A DNA stretch of 64,000 nucleotides from an uncultured Bacillota bacterium (GCA_905205665.1 CAJLEF010000004.1:15582-79581); one strand, 5' to 3'; shown: positions 36,801 through 46,781, counted from the first letter of the stretch. Notes: generated from the letters alone by a model not told the origin. Numbers and translations: made by a program.

Positions 36801-37883
36801 ATGAAAAAAGTAGGTTTAATAACATATCATAAATCTTATAATTATGGTGCTATGCTGCAAGTTTATGCAACACAATATATTATCAAAAAAATAGGCTATG
36901 ATTGTAAAATAATTGATTATGTAAATAAAGATGAAGAAAAGGAAAATAAATTATTTTTCTATAAAAGCAATTTTACATTGATGCATAATGTTAAAGATTT
37001 AATACGTAATATATTTTTAAAGTCATACTTTATTAGAAATAAAAATTTTAAAAATTTTATTGATAAATTAGATAGAACGCAAAAAGTTACAAATTGTATG
37101 GAAATTTCAGAGTTACGATTTGATACTTATATTGTTGGTAGTGATCAAGTATGGAATCCATCAATCACGGGAAATAAATTTGAACCCGCATATTTATTGG
37201 ATTTTAGGGCAAAGAAGAAGATTTCATATGCTTCAAGTATGGGAAGTCATAAATTAAGTGACTCCGAAATGATATATATTAAAGATAAATTACGTGATTT
37301 TAATGCAATTAGTGTTAGGGAAAAATTTGCTAAAGAGCAATTAAATGAATTAGGAATAAATTGTAAAATAGTATGTGATCCGACATTGCTTATTGATAAA
37401 AAGGGTTGGATAAATAATTGTTATGATGATAGCATTTTGAGTACAATACCAAAGAATTATATACTTTTATATTTATTGGAGCCTTTTAATGATAAAATTT
37501 CTGAAATTTTGTTAAAGGTTAAATCAGTTTATAAACTTCCTATTGTATATATTGCTTTTTCAAATTCAAAAAAGAAAAATGTTGATTATCATCTCACAAA
37601 TGTTACTCCTGAAAGGTTTGTTTGTCTTATAAATAATTCTAGTTTAGTTTTGACAGATTCATTTCATGGCACAGCTTTTTCTGTCAATTTAAATAAACAA
37701 TTTATTTCGATTTTAAATCCATCTAACCCAAAAAGAGTTGAAGATTTCTTAGTTTCCTTAGGTTTAGAAAAAAACATATATAGTGACAAAATTCAAAAAA
37801 ATTTTATTGATTATGGAGAAATAAATTTAAAAATTGAAGACATTAGAAAAGATTCAATTGAATTTTTAAAGCAGAATTTATAA
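36801..37883 (+). CDS. Polysaccharide pyruvyl transferase family protein
   Basis: N-terminal YNYGAMLQ and the GSDQVWNP motif, with C-terminal TDSFHG. Confidence 0.6.
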   Translation: MKKVGLITYHKSYNYGAMLQVYATQYIIKKIGYDCKIIDYVNKDEEKENKLFFYKSNFTLMHNVKDLIRNIFLKSYFIRNKNFKNFIDKLDRTQKVTNCMEISELRFDTYIVGSDQVWNPSITGNKFEPAYLLDFRAKKKISYASSMGSHKLSDSEMIYIKDKLRDFNAISVREKFAKEQLNELGINCKIVCDPTLLIDKKGWINNCYDDSILSTIPKNYILLYLLEPFNDKISEILLKVKSVYKLPIVYIAFSNSKKKNVDYHLTNVTPERFVCLINNSSLVLTDSFHGTAFSVNLNKQFISILNPSNPKRVEDFLVSLGLEKNIYSDKIQKNFIDYGEINLKIEDIRKDSIEFLKQNL

Positions 37884-37893
37884 AGAGGATTTT

Positions 37894-39300
37894 ATGACAA
37901 AAGAAAAATACTTATTTAAAAATGCTTTTATAATAACTATTGGGAAAATATGCACACAATTAATCACATTTTTTCTACTTCCATTATATACTGCTGTTTT
38001 GTCAACTGAAGAATACGGGACAGTAGATTTAGTGACAACCTTATCAATGTTATTATTACCTATAATAACTTTTCAGGCTGAGCAAGCTATTTTTAGAGAA
38101 TTATTGGAAAACAGAACAAATCAAAAAAAGAATAATTTAATAATTTCCAATGGAATTATTTCTGTCACCATTCAATGTTGCATTTTTATAATTATATATT
38201 TGTTCTTATCGCCAATTTTTAAAAACGAGTATGTATACTTGCTACTTATTAATGTTGTCTGTTATATATATGTATCGCTTTTTCAACAAATTGCTAGAGG
38301 AAAAGGAAATAATATTACATATTCAATAGGAAGTTTTATTAATGCTTGTACAACTATTTTATTTAATTTAATTTTTTTGCTAAAATTTCAAATGGGTGCA
38401 AAAGGGATGATTCTTGGAAATATATTTGGGCAAATTACTGCAATTATTTACTTGTTTACTTCAGAAAAAATTTTAAAAAATTTACATTTATCTTTATTCA
38501 ATATTAAGTATGTAAAAAAATTATGGAAATATTCATTTCCATTAATTCCTAATGAACTATCATGGTGGGTTTTCAATGTTTCTGATAGGGTAATTGTCTC
38601 TTTGATTTTAGGGCTATCTGCTAACGGCCTCTTATCTGCGGCCAGTAAATTTTCTAATGTATATATAACACTGTTTAATATTTTTAACATAAGTTGGACA
38701 GAATCAATAAGTTTATTTATTAAGGAAAAAGATATTGATAAATTTTTCAATCATGTTTTCGGAATAGCACTATCGTTGTTTTCCGCTATAGGACTCGGAA
38801 TCATTGCATGCTTACCATTTGTCTTTAATATTATAATTAATATAAATTATAATGCATCTTATAATTTAATTCCAATTTTGGTTATTGCTTCAATGTTTAA
38901 CGTAATAGTTGGTTTATTAAGTGCTGTCTATATTGGTAATAAAAATACGAAGGCAGTTGCGAAAACCTCTGTTATTTCCGCCTTGATAAATTTAACTGTT
39001 CACTTATTTTTAATAAAATTTATTGGTTTATATGCTGCTGTTATATCTACTCTAGTATCTTTTGTAATAATGTCTATATATAGATTGAATGATATAAATA
39101 AAAATTACATTAAAATTATTTTTAATTATAAAAAAATAATTTGTACTTTAATAGTTACGCTAATTATAGTTATAACATACTATTTAAATAATTTATATAT
39201 GCATATTTTAGGATTAATGTTAGCTTTTGTATATGCCGTTTTTATAAATAAAAATATTATTAATATATTAATGAAAAAAATAAAGAAAGAAAGTAAGTAA
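37894..39300 (+). CDS. Wzx-type oligosaccharide flippase (polysaccharide biosynthesis protein family)
   Basis: About 12-14 TM segments, an N-terminal KN..I....K......F...P.YT pattern, and locus context. Confidence 0.65.
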   Translation: MTKEKYLFKNAFIITIGKICTQLITFFLLPLYTAVLSTEEYGTVDLVTTLSMLLLPIITFQAEQAIFRELLENRTNQKKNNLIISNGIISVTIQCCIFIIIYLFLSPIFKNEYVYLLLINVVCYIYVSLFQQIARGKGNNITYSIGSFINACTTILFNLIFLLKFQMGAKGMILGNIFGQITAIIYLFTSEKILKNLHLSLFNIKYVKKLWKYSFPLIPNELSWWVFNVSDRVIVSLILGLSANGLLSAASKFSNVYITLFNIFNISWTESISLFIKEKDIDKFFNHVFGIALSLFSAIGLGIIACLPFVFNIIININYNASYNLIPILVIASMFNVIVGLLSAVYIGNKNTKAVAKTSVISALINLTVHLFLIKFIGLYAAVISTLVSFVIMSIYRLNDINKNYIKIIFNYKKIICTLIVTLIIVITYYLNNLYMHILGLMLAFVYAVFINKNIINILMKKIKKESK

Positions 39301-39307
39301 GTATATT

Positions 39308-40300
39308 ATGATTAAAAAAAGTTTGAAAAAAATTAAATTTTTGGTAAAAATTAAAAAAAAATATAAAATATGTAGAGAATTTAGAAGGGATAAAAAGTTT
39401 TTTATTAAAAACTATTTGGAATCAGATGAGAATATTAATACAAAGAAATATGATATATTATTAATTGTACATGGCCTTGAAAAAGCCTTCCTAAACAAAA
39501 AGCCCAGAAGATTTGGGGTTGAGAAAGTTGAAAGATTAATAGATAATTTAAAATATATTGAAAATAATGATAAAAATTTAAATTATGAATATTTTTTGGG
39601 CATTAGTTGTTTAAAAAAATATTGTGAATTTTACGAAAAACAAAAATGGATTGACGCAGACGAATACATTATGGTTAAAACTTTTTTAAATTCCTTAAAT
39701 AATGTTTCTAATTTTGATATTCCATTTGGCAAGCATGTTCTTAAATTACGTGATATCATGAGTTCTATTAATGATATAAATTACAAAGATATTGTTAATA
39801 GTCGTCATTCTATTAGATGCTTTTCAGAAAAAGAACTTGATAAAAAAATAATTGAAGATGTAATCTCTTCAATTATACATACACCATCAGCATGTAATAG
39901 ACAAATGTGTAAAATTTATTTTATAAATAATAAAAATATGAAAAAAATAGTTGAAGATTATGCTATGGGATTGGGCAATTTCGAATTGAAGAATATAAAT
40001 TATTTTTTAATTACATACGATATGAATTCTATGTATTTCGAAGGTGAAAGAAATCAAGGCTATTTTAATGCCGGCCTACTTGCTATGAATTTTGTTAATT
40101 CTTTGCATGTACATGGAATAGGTAGTTGTTTCATTGAATCTGGAAATTCGTTTGCTGAAGAAGAAAAATTAAAAAAAGAACTAGGTATTCCTACTTGTGA
40201 AAGAATTGCAATTATTATTACCGCAGGATATTATAAAGAGGAAAATGAGGTTTTGTTCAGTAAAAGAAAAAATATCGAAGATGTTTATAAAGAAATTTAA
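39308..40300 (+). CDS. Nitroreductase-family protein with a ~160-aa N-terminal extension
   Basis: RHSIRCFSEKELD....I....HTPSACNRQ is the nitroreductase signature. It is the last gene of the polysaccharide locus. Confidence 0.55.
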   Translation: MIKKSLKKIKFLVKIKKKYKICREFRRDKKFFIKNYLESDENINTKKYDILLIVHGLEKAFLNKKPRRFGVEKVERLIDNLKYIENNDKNLNYEYFLGISCLKKYCEFYEKQKWIDADEYIMVKTFLNSLNNVSNFDIPFGKHVLKLRDIMSSINDINYKDIVNSRHSIRCFSEKELDKKIIEDVISSIIHTPSACNRQMCKIYFINNKNMKKIVEDYAMGLGNFELKNINYFLITYDMNSMYFEGERNQGYFNAGLLAMNFVNSLHVHGIGSCFIESGNSFAEEEKLKKELGIPTCERIAIIITAGYYKEENEVLFSKRKNIEDVYKEI

Positions 40301-40413
40301 AAATGCTGATTTTTATTGAAAGCACATGATTAATGTACAATAAATTTAATAAATATATAGATTTAACAACATTTGTTATGAGGAAAGAACTCAACGTTAA
40401 ATAGTTTTTAATG

Positions 40414-40473
40414 CCAAAAACTAATGAAATGTGAATCGATAGAAGAGGACTAGAAACAGTCTTCTTTTATTAT
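40414..40473 (+). repeat. 60-bp direct repeat copy A, containing a terminator-like hairpin
   Basis: ccaaaaactaatgaaatgtgaatcgatagaagaggactagaaacagtcttcttttattat matches 41815-41874 at 56 of 60 positions. Weaker similarity extends about 35 bp upstream. Confidence 0.85.
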
Positions 40474-40714
40474 GTTGTTTTCAACTAAATCGTTAGATTA
40501 TTTATAGTTAAAGGACATTTTTTAAAATTAGTGAAGTATGGATTGATTTTTCAGAAACTTTGCCTGTTTTTAACTTTAATATTTTATAACTTTTTAGTAT
40601 AATCATTACAAGTTATTTAATCAAAATTTTTTTAGTGTTCTTTATCAGATTGGAACTATACGTTTCTTGATATCACTTTTTTTGCTAAACTTATTTGAGA
40701 AAGGAAATATAATT

Positions 40715-41698
40715 ATGTTTTTAAATGAAGAAATGGATATAAATGAAATGTTAATAAAATCTAATTTTAATAAATTATTGTTTATTTCAGGGACACTGCC
40801 TTATAAATTAGATATTAATACGGATTTTTATGAATTTGAATTATGTGTTAATCTTGATGGATATCAAAATGAGGACGCAATAAAAAGAAAAATTTCTTTT
40901 ACAATAAGTCAACACTGGGTTGATGACCAAGATGTTCCAGGCATAAATAACGTTTTAAGTTATAACCCTATTAAAAAGAAATATACTATTATATCTAGTA
41001 GATTTAAATTATGCATTGAGTTAACAAATGATGAATATGCTTATTTAAAAAATGATGATCAAGAATTGGATAAAAAAGTAAAAATGTTATATCAAACAAT
41101 ACTAGCTTTTTTAGCAAATAAATATGCAATGACTATGAACGGAAATGACATTGTTAATTTATGTATAGAACATTGTGGCTTAGGCAGGTTATTTATTTTT
41201 GAATATGATGCTAATAATCATAAAATTATTGACCAAAAAGGATTAATTGTACCATCTTTAACTTTAGATAATAATTTTAAAAGTGAGGTTAGAAATTTTA
41301 AAGATGTATTATCAGAAAATGATATTGTTTGGTTATACTTTCTTAATAATGCTATTTTTTATTATAACCACCGTGATTTTTTAAATTGTATCATTTATTC
41401 AGCCATTTCTCTTGAGTCATATTTAAATTATTTAATAAAAGAGAATAGACATATTGTGAAATTTGAAAATTATAATAAGGAATTAAAAGAATTAAAAAAA
41501 GTTCCTGGTTTTTTCACGACCATAAAATATTTAAAAGAAAATGATATAATAAATTCAACAGAGAGCAAAGAATTAAAATCATGTTATGGTAGTATCAATG
41601 AAATGCGTAATTTTGTAATACATGGAAAACTTAATAAAATTCTTATGAATAAATCGTCAGTTGAAGAAGGTTTAAAAAAAATTAGTCGAATTTTATAA
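40715..41698 (+). CDS. HEPN-motif protein (327 aa) with an uncharacterised N-terminal domain
   Basis: The C-terminal Rx4H motif EMRNFVIHGK (nt 41606-41623) is preceded by helical segments (FLNCIIYSAISLESYLNYL) typical of HEPN folds. GAAAGGA Shine-Dalgarno precedes the ATG at 40715; the ORF-track start is a TTG at 40667. Confidence 0.5.
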   Translation: MFLNEEMDINEMLIKSNFNKLLFISGTLPYKLDINTDFYEFELCVNLDGYQNEDAIKRKISFTISQHWVDDQDVPGINNVLSYNPIKKKYTIISSRFKLCIELTNDEYAYLKNDDQELDKKVKMLYQTILAFLANKYAMTMNGNDIVNLCIEHCGLGRLFIFEYDANNHKIIDQKGLIVPSLTLDNNFKSEVRNFKDVLSENDIVWLYFLNNAIFYYNHRDFLNCIIYSAISLESYLNYLIKENRHIVKFENYNKELKELKKVPGFFTTIKYLKENDIINSTESKELKSCYGSINEMRNFVIHGKLNKILMNKSSVEEGLKKISRIL

Positions 41699-41814
41699 TC
41701 AACATGAAAATAAGTATTTCAAACTTTTATAACATTGTTACTTTTGGTATAGATAAATTAAAAGAAACATAAATAAAGAATTCAAAGAGTTCAAATTCAT
41801 GTAGTTATGTGAGA

Positions 41815-41874
41815 CCAAAAACTAATGAATTGTGAATCAATAGAAGAGGATTAGAAATAGTCTTCTTTTATTAT
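41815..41874 (+). repeat. 60-bp direct repeat copy B
   Basis: 56 of 60 positions identical to 40414-40473, in the same orientation. Confidence 0.85.
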
Positions 41875-41990
41875 ACTTTAAGAGGATTACAAGAACCTTT
41901 GGTAAGCGTAGTTCTATTAATGTTAACTAAACTTTTAATAAAAAACTAGATGTGTTTTTGCTTTAAGTAACGTATAATTTAAGTAGCAGA

Positions 41991-42959
41991 ATGAAGTGTC
42001 TTATGATGGGTATAATAGATAATATATTTAAGCCTTTTAAAGATACTGTCTTTTTAAAAGAAGATAGTAATTTAGAAAAGCAATTAAATGAGTTAAAAGA
42101 ATTACAAAAGAGTAATAATAGTTTATCTTTGGCTAAAGATATCAAACTTTTAGAGTGGGGTATTAAGGGTGAAGAAGCGATTGCTTATGAATTAAAATGC
42201 GCTAATTTAGGATTATATGTTTTAAGAGATATTACGATTTCTTATGAAGATTTAAAAGCCCAAATAGATTTTGTGGTTGTTTCTAAAGGTTTTACATATC
42301 TCATTGAATGTAAAAACTTAATAGGTAATATATATGTTGATAATAAGGGAGAGTTTCAACGAGAATATGACTTAGCAGGAAAAAAGATAAGGGAAGCTAT
42401 TTATTCTCCTTATACGCAAGCTATGAGACATAAAGATATTTTAAAGAAAAGATGGTTATCTAAAAATAGTTCTTTATTAACGATTTTAAATGAAAAAAAA
42501 TTTGATAATTTATGGTATAAACCTTTAGTTGTTTTAGCTAACTCAAAGTCTATTTTGGATATTAAAAGGGCTCCTTTAGAGATAAGAAAAAATACTATTA
42601 GAATAGACCAGTTAATTAATTATATTAAACATGATCTTTCAAATTATGATAAAGATTTATTAACAAATGCTAATAATATGTTAAAAATAGCTAATAATTT
42701 TTTAGAAAATAATACGAATGACTATTGTAGTTTAGCTAATAAATATAATCAAAGTATTTTAAATAAGTTAAAAGACTTTCGTAAAGAAAAAGCTAAAGAA
42801 ATGAATGTTCCTGCTTATTATATCTTTAACGATGAAGAACTAGATAAAATAATTACTTTAAAACCAGTTACTATTGAAAAATTAAAGGAAATATTACCCT
42901 CAATTAAAGTTAAAATTCATGGGAATGATATTATTAAGATTTTAAATGAAAGCAAATAA
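41991..42959 (+). CDS. NERD (nuclease-related domain) protein with a C-terminal HRDC-like domain
   Basis: GIKGEEAIAYEL...LRDITI...QIDFVVVSKGFTYLIECKNLIGNI is the NERD pattern. The C-terminal LKDFRKEKAKEMNVPAYYIFNDEELDKIITLKPVTIEKLKEI resembles a RecQ-type HRDC domain. Confidence 0.65.
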   Translation: MKCLMMGIIDNIFKPFKDTVFLKEDSNLEKQLNELKELQKSNNSLSLAKDIKLLEWGIKGEEAIAYELKCANLGLYVLRDITISYEDLKAQIDFVVVSKGFTYLIECKNLIGNIYVDNKGEFQREYDLAGKKIREAIYSPYTQAMRHKDILKKRWLSKNSSLLTILNEKKFDNLWYKPLVVLANSKSILDIKRAPLEIRKNTIRIDQLINYIKHDLSNYDKDLLTNANNMLKIANNFLENNTNDYCSLANKYNQSILNKLKDFRKEKAKEMNVPAYYIFNDEELDKIITLKPVTIEKLKEILPSIKVKIHGNDIIKILNESK

Positions 42960-43098
42960 GTATTTTAAATAAAAAGATGATTTTTGACATTAAATTGTAA
43001 AAAAAATTACACTTTAAAAATATTAAAAAGTATTTTTTTTACACTTTTATTATATATTTGTTATATAATCTTGTCTTTGACAGTTGTAACATAAAAAT

Positions 43099-43146
43099 AG
43101 CCTGCAAACCCTGGTAAATACTGGATTTGCAGGCTTTTATTTTTCT
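43099..43146. terminator. Bidirectional terminator between convergent genes
   Basis: AGCCTGCAAA...TTTGCAGGCT 10-bp stem flanked by A-rich and T-rich runs. Confidence 0.55.
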
Positions 43147-43156
43147 GCGTACAACT

Positions 43157-43873
43157 TTATTTTTTTATCTGTTTAAAAATTTTATTAAATTTCTCATAAG
43201 TTATTATTTCATAATCTGTTCTAAAACTAAATTTATCATGTAAATGGTCTGTTACATTATCTCCAACATAAGCGGGTGAATATCCGATGCCTTTTTCTTC
43301 ATACACTTCCATTTTTCTTGATTTTTCAATTATTTGAGTATTGGTGTATTTATAATCTAGTTTGTTTTCTAATATTCTATAAATTAACAATGAAATGAAA
43401 CAGGTTAAGAAATGAGCTGTTATTCTATCTTCTCTAGAAAGATAAATGTCACCTGATTCAAAATCTGATTTTAATATTCTGAAATTTTCTTCAATTTCTC
43501 ATCTATTCTTAGAAATATTTAGAATATCTTCAATATTGCTATTTAAATTTGTAGTAATTCCATAGTATCCATCATATTTTTCTTCTTCCAAAATTACTGA
43601 ATCATCAATTGAATATTTATATGTAAATTTCTCTTTTTCTTTTGAATCATTCAAAAAATTTGAATCTTGAGTTTTCACTTTCTTTTCCTTTGTTATAACA
43701 TCTTCTTTAATAAGACGCCTGTAATCATTTGGATTATTGCTTAATTTCATTTTGCTACCATCATTTGATGAAAAAATTTTGTTTTTTGCTCTTTCAATTT
43801 GAACGTTTCTTAAATAATCTCTATATTTAATTTGATATGTAACAATTAATGTGCGGACGCTTATTATTTCCAT
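43157..43873 (-). pseudogene. IS4/IS1634-family (DDE_Tnp_1) transposase remnant: C-terminal part only, internally disrupted
   Basis: Joining the two listed minus ORFs with the 43391-43498 gap gives ...YDGYYGITTNL...NISKNR*EIEENFRILKSDFESGDIYLSREDRITAHFLTCFISLLIYRILE. This is the conserved C-terminal Y-R-E-K block of IS4-type transposases. The N-terminal DD region is absent. Confidence 0.6.
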
Positions 43874-43955
43874 TTATATAGATAATGTAGATAAATTTTT
43901 CCTCTTTTTATTTTACAAACAATGTGAGATAATGCTGTTAAGGTAGGAATTGAGA

Positions 43956-46781
43956 ATGAAAAGGTCAAAAGAGTTTAAAAGAAAAGTTAATGGTTTTACT
44001 TTAATCGAACTTATAAGTGTTGTTAGTATTATGGCGATTATTTTGTTAATCGCTATTCCAGCTTATACGACAATTACAAATAAGACTAAGGAAAATATTT
44101 ATCAATCTAAAGTAACAGAACTTCTTGCTAAAGCTGAAAGTTATTCAGAAACTTCAAATGTTTTTGCTATGGATGTTAACACTTTAATACAACAAGGTCT
44201 TATTAGTGCTGATAATGAATCTGGAAATCTAATTGATCCTAGATCAGATCGTAAGATGAATTGTGATATTATCGAAGTGAATTACGAAGGAAATACCTAT
44301 AAAGCTAATTATATTGAAAATGATACTTGTTTAGGAGAAGAAGAACTCAATAACCGTTATGGTATGGGTTATATTACGATTTATGATGAAAATGGTAATG
44401 AAGTATCTAATAATACATGGTCACAAACAGCCTTTGAAAATTTTCAATTTCGTTTAAAAAATGAAAGTAATTTAGAAAATTTAGTTAGTTTCACTTGGAA
44501 TGGAGAAGAAGAAAAAACTTGTACCAAAGAAGAGTATGATGATTGTCTTTACCAAATAAGTGCGCAACTTATTAAAAATATAACGGTTACTTTACATGTT
44601 GTTATGAATATTAACGGACAAGAAGTTAATCAAAAATATAGTGCTCATGGTTTAATAGACCGTGAAAAACCGACAGTTTCAGTAGATGATGTAAATAATG
44701 AAAATTATACAACTGATTTAAGAAAAGTTAGTTTTGTTTTAGATGATAGATCTGGTAGTGGTATTTCTCATTATGCTGTGATAAGTGATGATATCACATC
44801 TTGTGAAAATGATGGAATAGTATACCAATCTACCGAAGATGTTCATCCAACAGTTTATTTGGATAATGGTGATTATATTGTTTGTGCAAAAGATAAGGTA
44901 GGAAATGTTTCTGATATAGATGACAAAAGTAAAGTTCATGTTGAAAAAGTGAATTCAAATAACTTTAAAATAAAAGTAACAAATAGTTCTAATAGTAATT
45001 GGACAAATAAAGATGTTACTTTAGCTGTTAGTTGGGATATTGAAAATATTGATTTTTGTACTTATAAGTTAAATGACGGGGAATATCAACGTTATAATGG
45101 TGTTTATGATAGCAAAGGCTTTACCATTAAACCAAATTTTACTGGTGAACAAAAAACGACAGTATATTTTATGTGTTATGATAAAGCCGGTAATAAAAGT
45201 AATGAAGCTAACACAAGTATTTTAATAGATACCAATAATCCAACGATAACTTATAGTATTCAAAATCAAACAGTTGGAAGCAATAACTATTATAAAGGCT
45301 TAACTTTAAAAGCAGATGTTAAAGATAATTTGAGTGGTATATCTTCTATTAAATATTGTCAAGGAGAAGGGGATTGCACGCCTGGAACAACGGCAACTGG
45401 TAGTTTCAGTGTCACTTTAGCAAGTGGAAAAAATCGTAAAGTTTGTGCTATTGTTGTAGATAAGGCTGGCAATTCTTCTGGAAAAGTTTGTTCATCTTCT
45501 TACAATGTTGATGGAGTAAAGCCAACAATTAGTTTAACTGAAAGTAGTACATCAGGGGAAAATGGTTGGGTTAAAAAAGCAACCATAACAGGTTCTTTCA
45601 ATGATACTGTAAGTGGACTAGCTAGTGCTAAATATTGTCGAAGTAGTGCAAATTGTACGCCTGATACAACAGTTTCTATTTCTAATAATCAAATCGTGGT
45701 GGATATTACCAATGCTTCTAACCAAAAAGTTTGTATGAATGTAACAGATAAAGCTGGAAATACTTCTAATCTGGCTTGTAGTAAAAATTATTATGCTGAC
45801 AATACGCTTCCAACTGTATCTATTGATATTTCTACTTCTAATGGAAATGCGACAGTTACTGCAAGTAATGCTAAAGATAATTTAAGTGGGGTAGCAAGTT
45901 ATCAGTTTCGTTTTGATAATGGTAATTGGATAACAGGTTCTTCTAATAGATATACTTTTACAAATTTAACAGACGGTAATCACACGTTTTATGTCAGGGT
46001 AAAAGATAAAGCCGGAAATTATAGTTCGGCTCAATCAAAAGTAGTAACTATTTCTAATGGACCTAGTCTTACTCGTATAGGTGACTTTATATCCAAAAAT
46101 GCTTCTAGTAATGATAATATGAGAAATAATTATAATCTTGTACCACTTAATCAATCACAAATTGTAATTATTGATGGTGATGAAGTTTATTATGACAATG
46201 GAAAGCCTAAAAATACTTATTATCTTGAAGCACAAGTGTTAAATGTTACTTCAAAAAGTTCTTCTTATGGCTCTATTGTAAAATTAATGAGTGAGGGAGC
46301 GCCTCTTCCTGAATATGGCGTTCGAGTAGATAATTCAACAATTGTTGTTGGTGGGGATGCCAATACAAGAGGTGGCTCTGTTCGGGTAGCAACTCTTAAA
46401 ATAAGTGGTAATTCTATTACAATGCCTTATATTAGTTCTGTTTTTGGAAAAGCTGGTTTTGATCGAGAAGGTATTGTGGGAATTTCTCATAGTCTTAACA
46501 GTGGAACAGTAGGAGTTTATTATGATGATTCTACTTCAAGTAAACATAATTATGCTGTTAGAAGTTATACTTATACATCAGGTGGTATTAGCTCTGAAAG
46601 TAAATTATCAAGAAATGTCAATGACATATACTATTATTTCCATGATATTTATGGCGCTGCTGGTTCTGTTTCTACAAGCCAAGGAACTTATGCTAGACAA
46701 AAAGTTTTTGATTATGCTGGTTTCTTTAATGGAACAGGAATTGTAAGATGTGAAGATAATAGCATTTATCAAGATACATAA
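43956..46781 (+). CDS. Very large prepilin-type (type IV pilin-like N-terminus) surface protein with tandem Ig-like DKAGN repeats
   Basis: It has the class III signal KVNG|FTLIELISVVSIMAIILLIAIPAY with Glu at +5. Five Ig-like repeats each end in (D)K(A/V)GN. The ORF ends at a single TAA (46779-46781), and the frame stays open beyond it. Confidence 0.7.
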   Translation: MKRSKEFKRKVNGFTLIELISVVSIMAIILLIAIPAYTTITNKTKENIYQSKVTELLAKAESYSETSNVFAMDVNTLIQQGLISADNESGNLIDPRSDRKMNCDIIEVNYEGNTYKANYIENDTCLGEEELNNRYGMGYITIYDENGNEVSNNTWSQTAFENFQFRLKNESNLENLVSFTWNGEEEKTCTKEEYDDCLYQISAQLIKNITVTLHVVMNINGQEVNQKYSAHGLIDREKPTVSVDDVNNENYTTDLRKVSFVLDDRSGSGISHYAVISDDITSCENDGIVYQSTEDVHPTVYLDNGDYIVCAKDKVGNVSDIDDKSKVHVEKVNSNNFKIKVTNSSNSNWTNKDVTLAVSWDIENIDFCTYKLNDGEYQRYNGVYDSKGFTIKPNFTGEQKTTVYFMCYDKAGNKSNEANTSILIDTNNPTITYSIQNQTVGSNNYYKGLTLKADVKDNLSGISSIKYCQGEGDCTPGTTATGSFSVTLASGKNRKVCAIVVDKAGNSSGKVCSSSYNVDGVKPTISLTESSTSGENGWVKKATITGSFNDTVSGLASAKYCRSSANCTPDTTVSISNNQIVVDITNASNQKVCMNVTDKAGNTSNLACSKNYYADNTLPTVSIDISTSNGNATVTASNAKDNLSGVASYQFRFDNGNWITGSSNRYTFTNLTDGNHTFYVRVKDKAGNYSSAQSKVVTISNGPSLTRIGDFISKNASSNDNMRNNYNLVPLNQSQIVIIDGDEVYYDNGKPKNTYYLEAQVLNVTSKSSSYGSIVKLMSEGAPLPEYGVRVDNSTIVVGGDANTRGGSVRVATLKISGNSITMPYISSVFGKAGFDREGIVGISHSLNSGTVGVYYDDSTSSKHNYAVRSYTYTSGGISSESKLSRNVNDIYYYFHDIYGAAGSVSTSQGTYARQKVFDYAGFFNGTGIVRCEDNSIYQDT
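44658..46054 (+). repeat. Five tandem ~90-100-aa Ig-like coding repeats inside the pilin-like gene
   Basis: The recurrent pattern is P-T-(I/V)-S ... DN(L)SG(I/V)(A/S)S.KY ... C ... DKAGN. The repeats diverge at nucleotide level. Confidence 0.6.

Noticed and set aside
39353-39361. A9 homopolymer near the 5' end of the nitroreductase-like gene (and similar A8 runs at 35474 and elsewhere) as phase-variation switches
   Set aside because: A8-A9 runs occur frequently throughout this Lys-rich, AT-rich sequence, so length variation cannot be inferred from one sequence. I kept only the run at the pgsA/HD junction as a caveat.
43157-43873. Intact insertion sequence
   Set aside because: Only the C-terminal third of an IS4/IS1634-type transposase is present. 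It has an internal stop or frameshift, no DDE N-terminal region and no recognisable inverted repeats, so I annotated it as a remnant.
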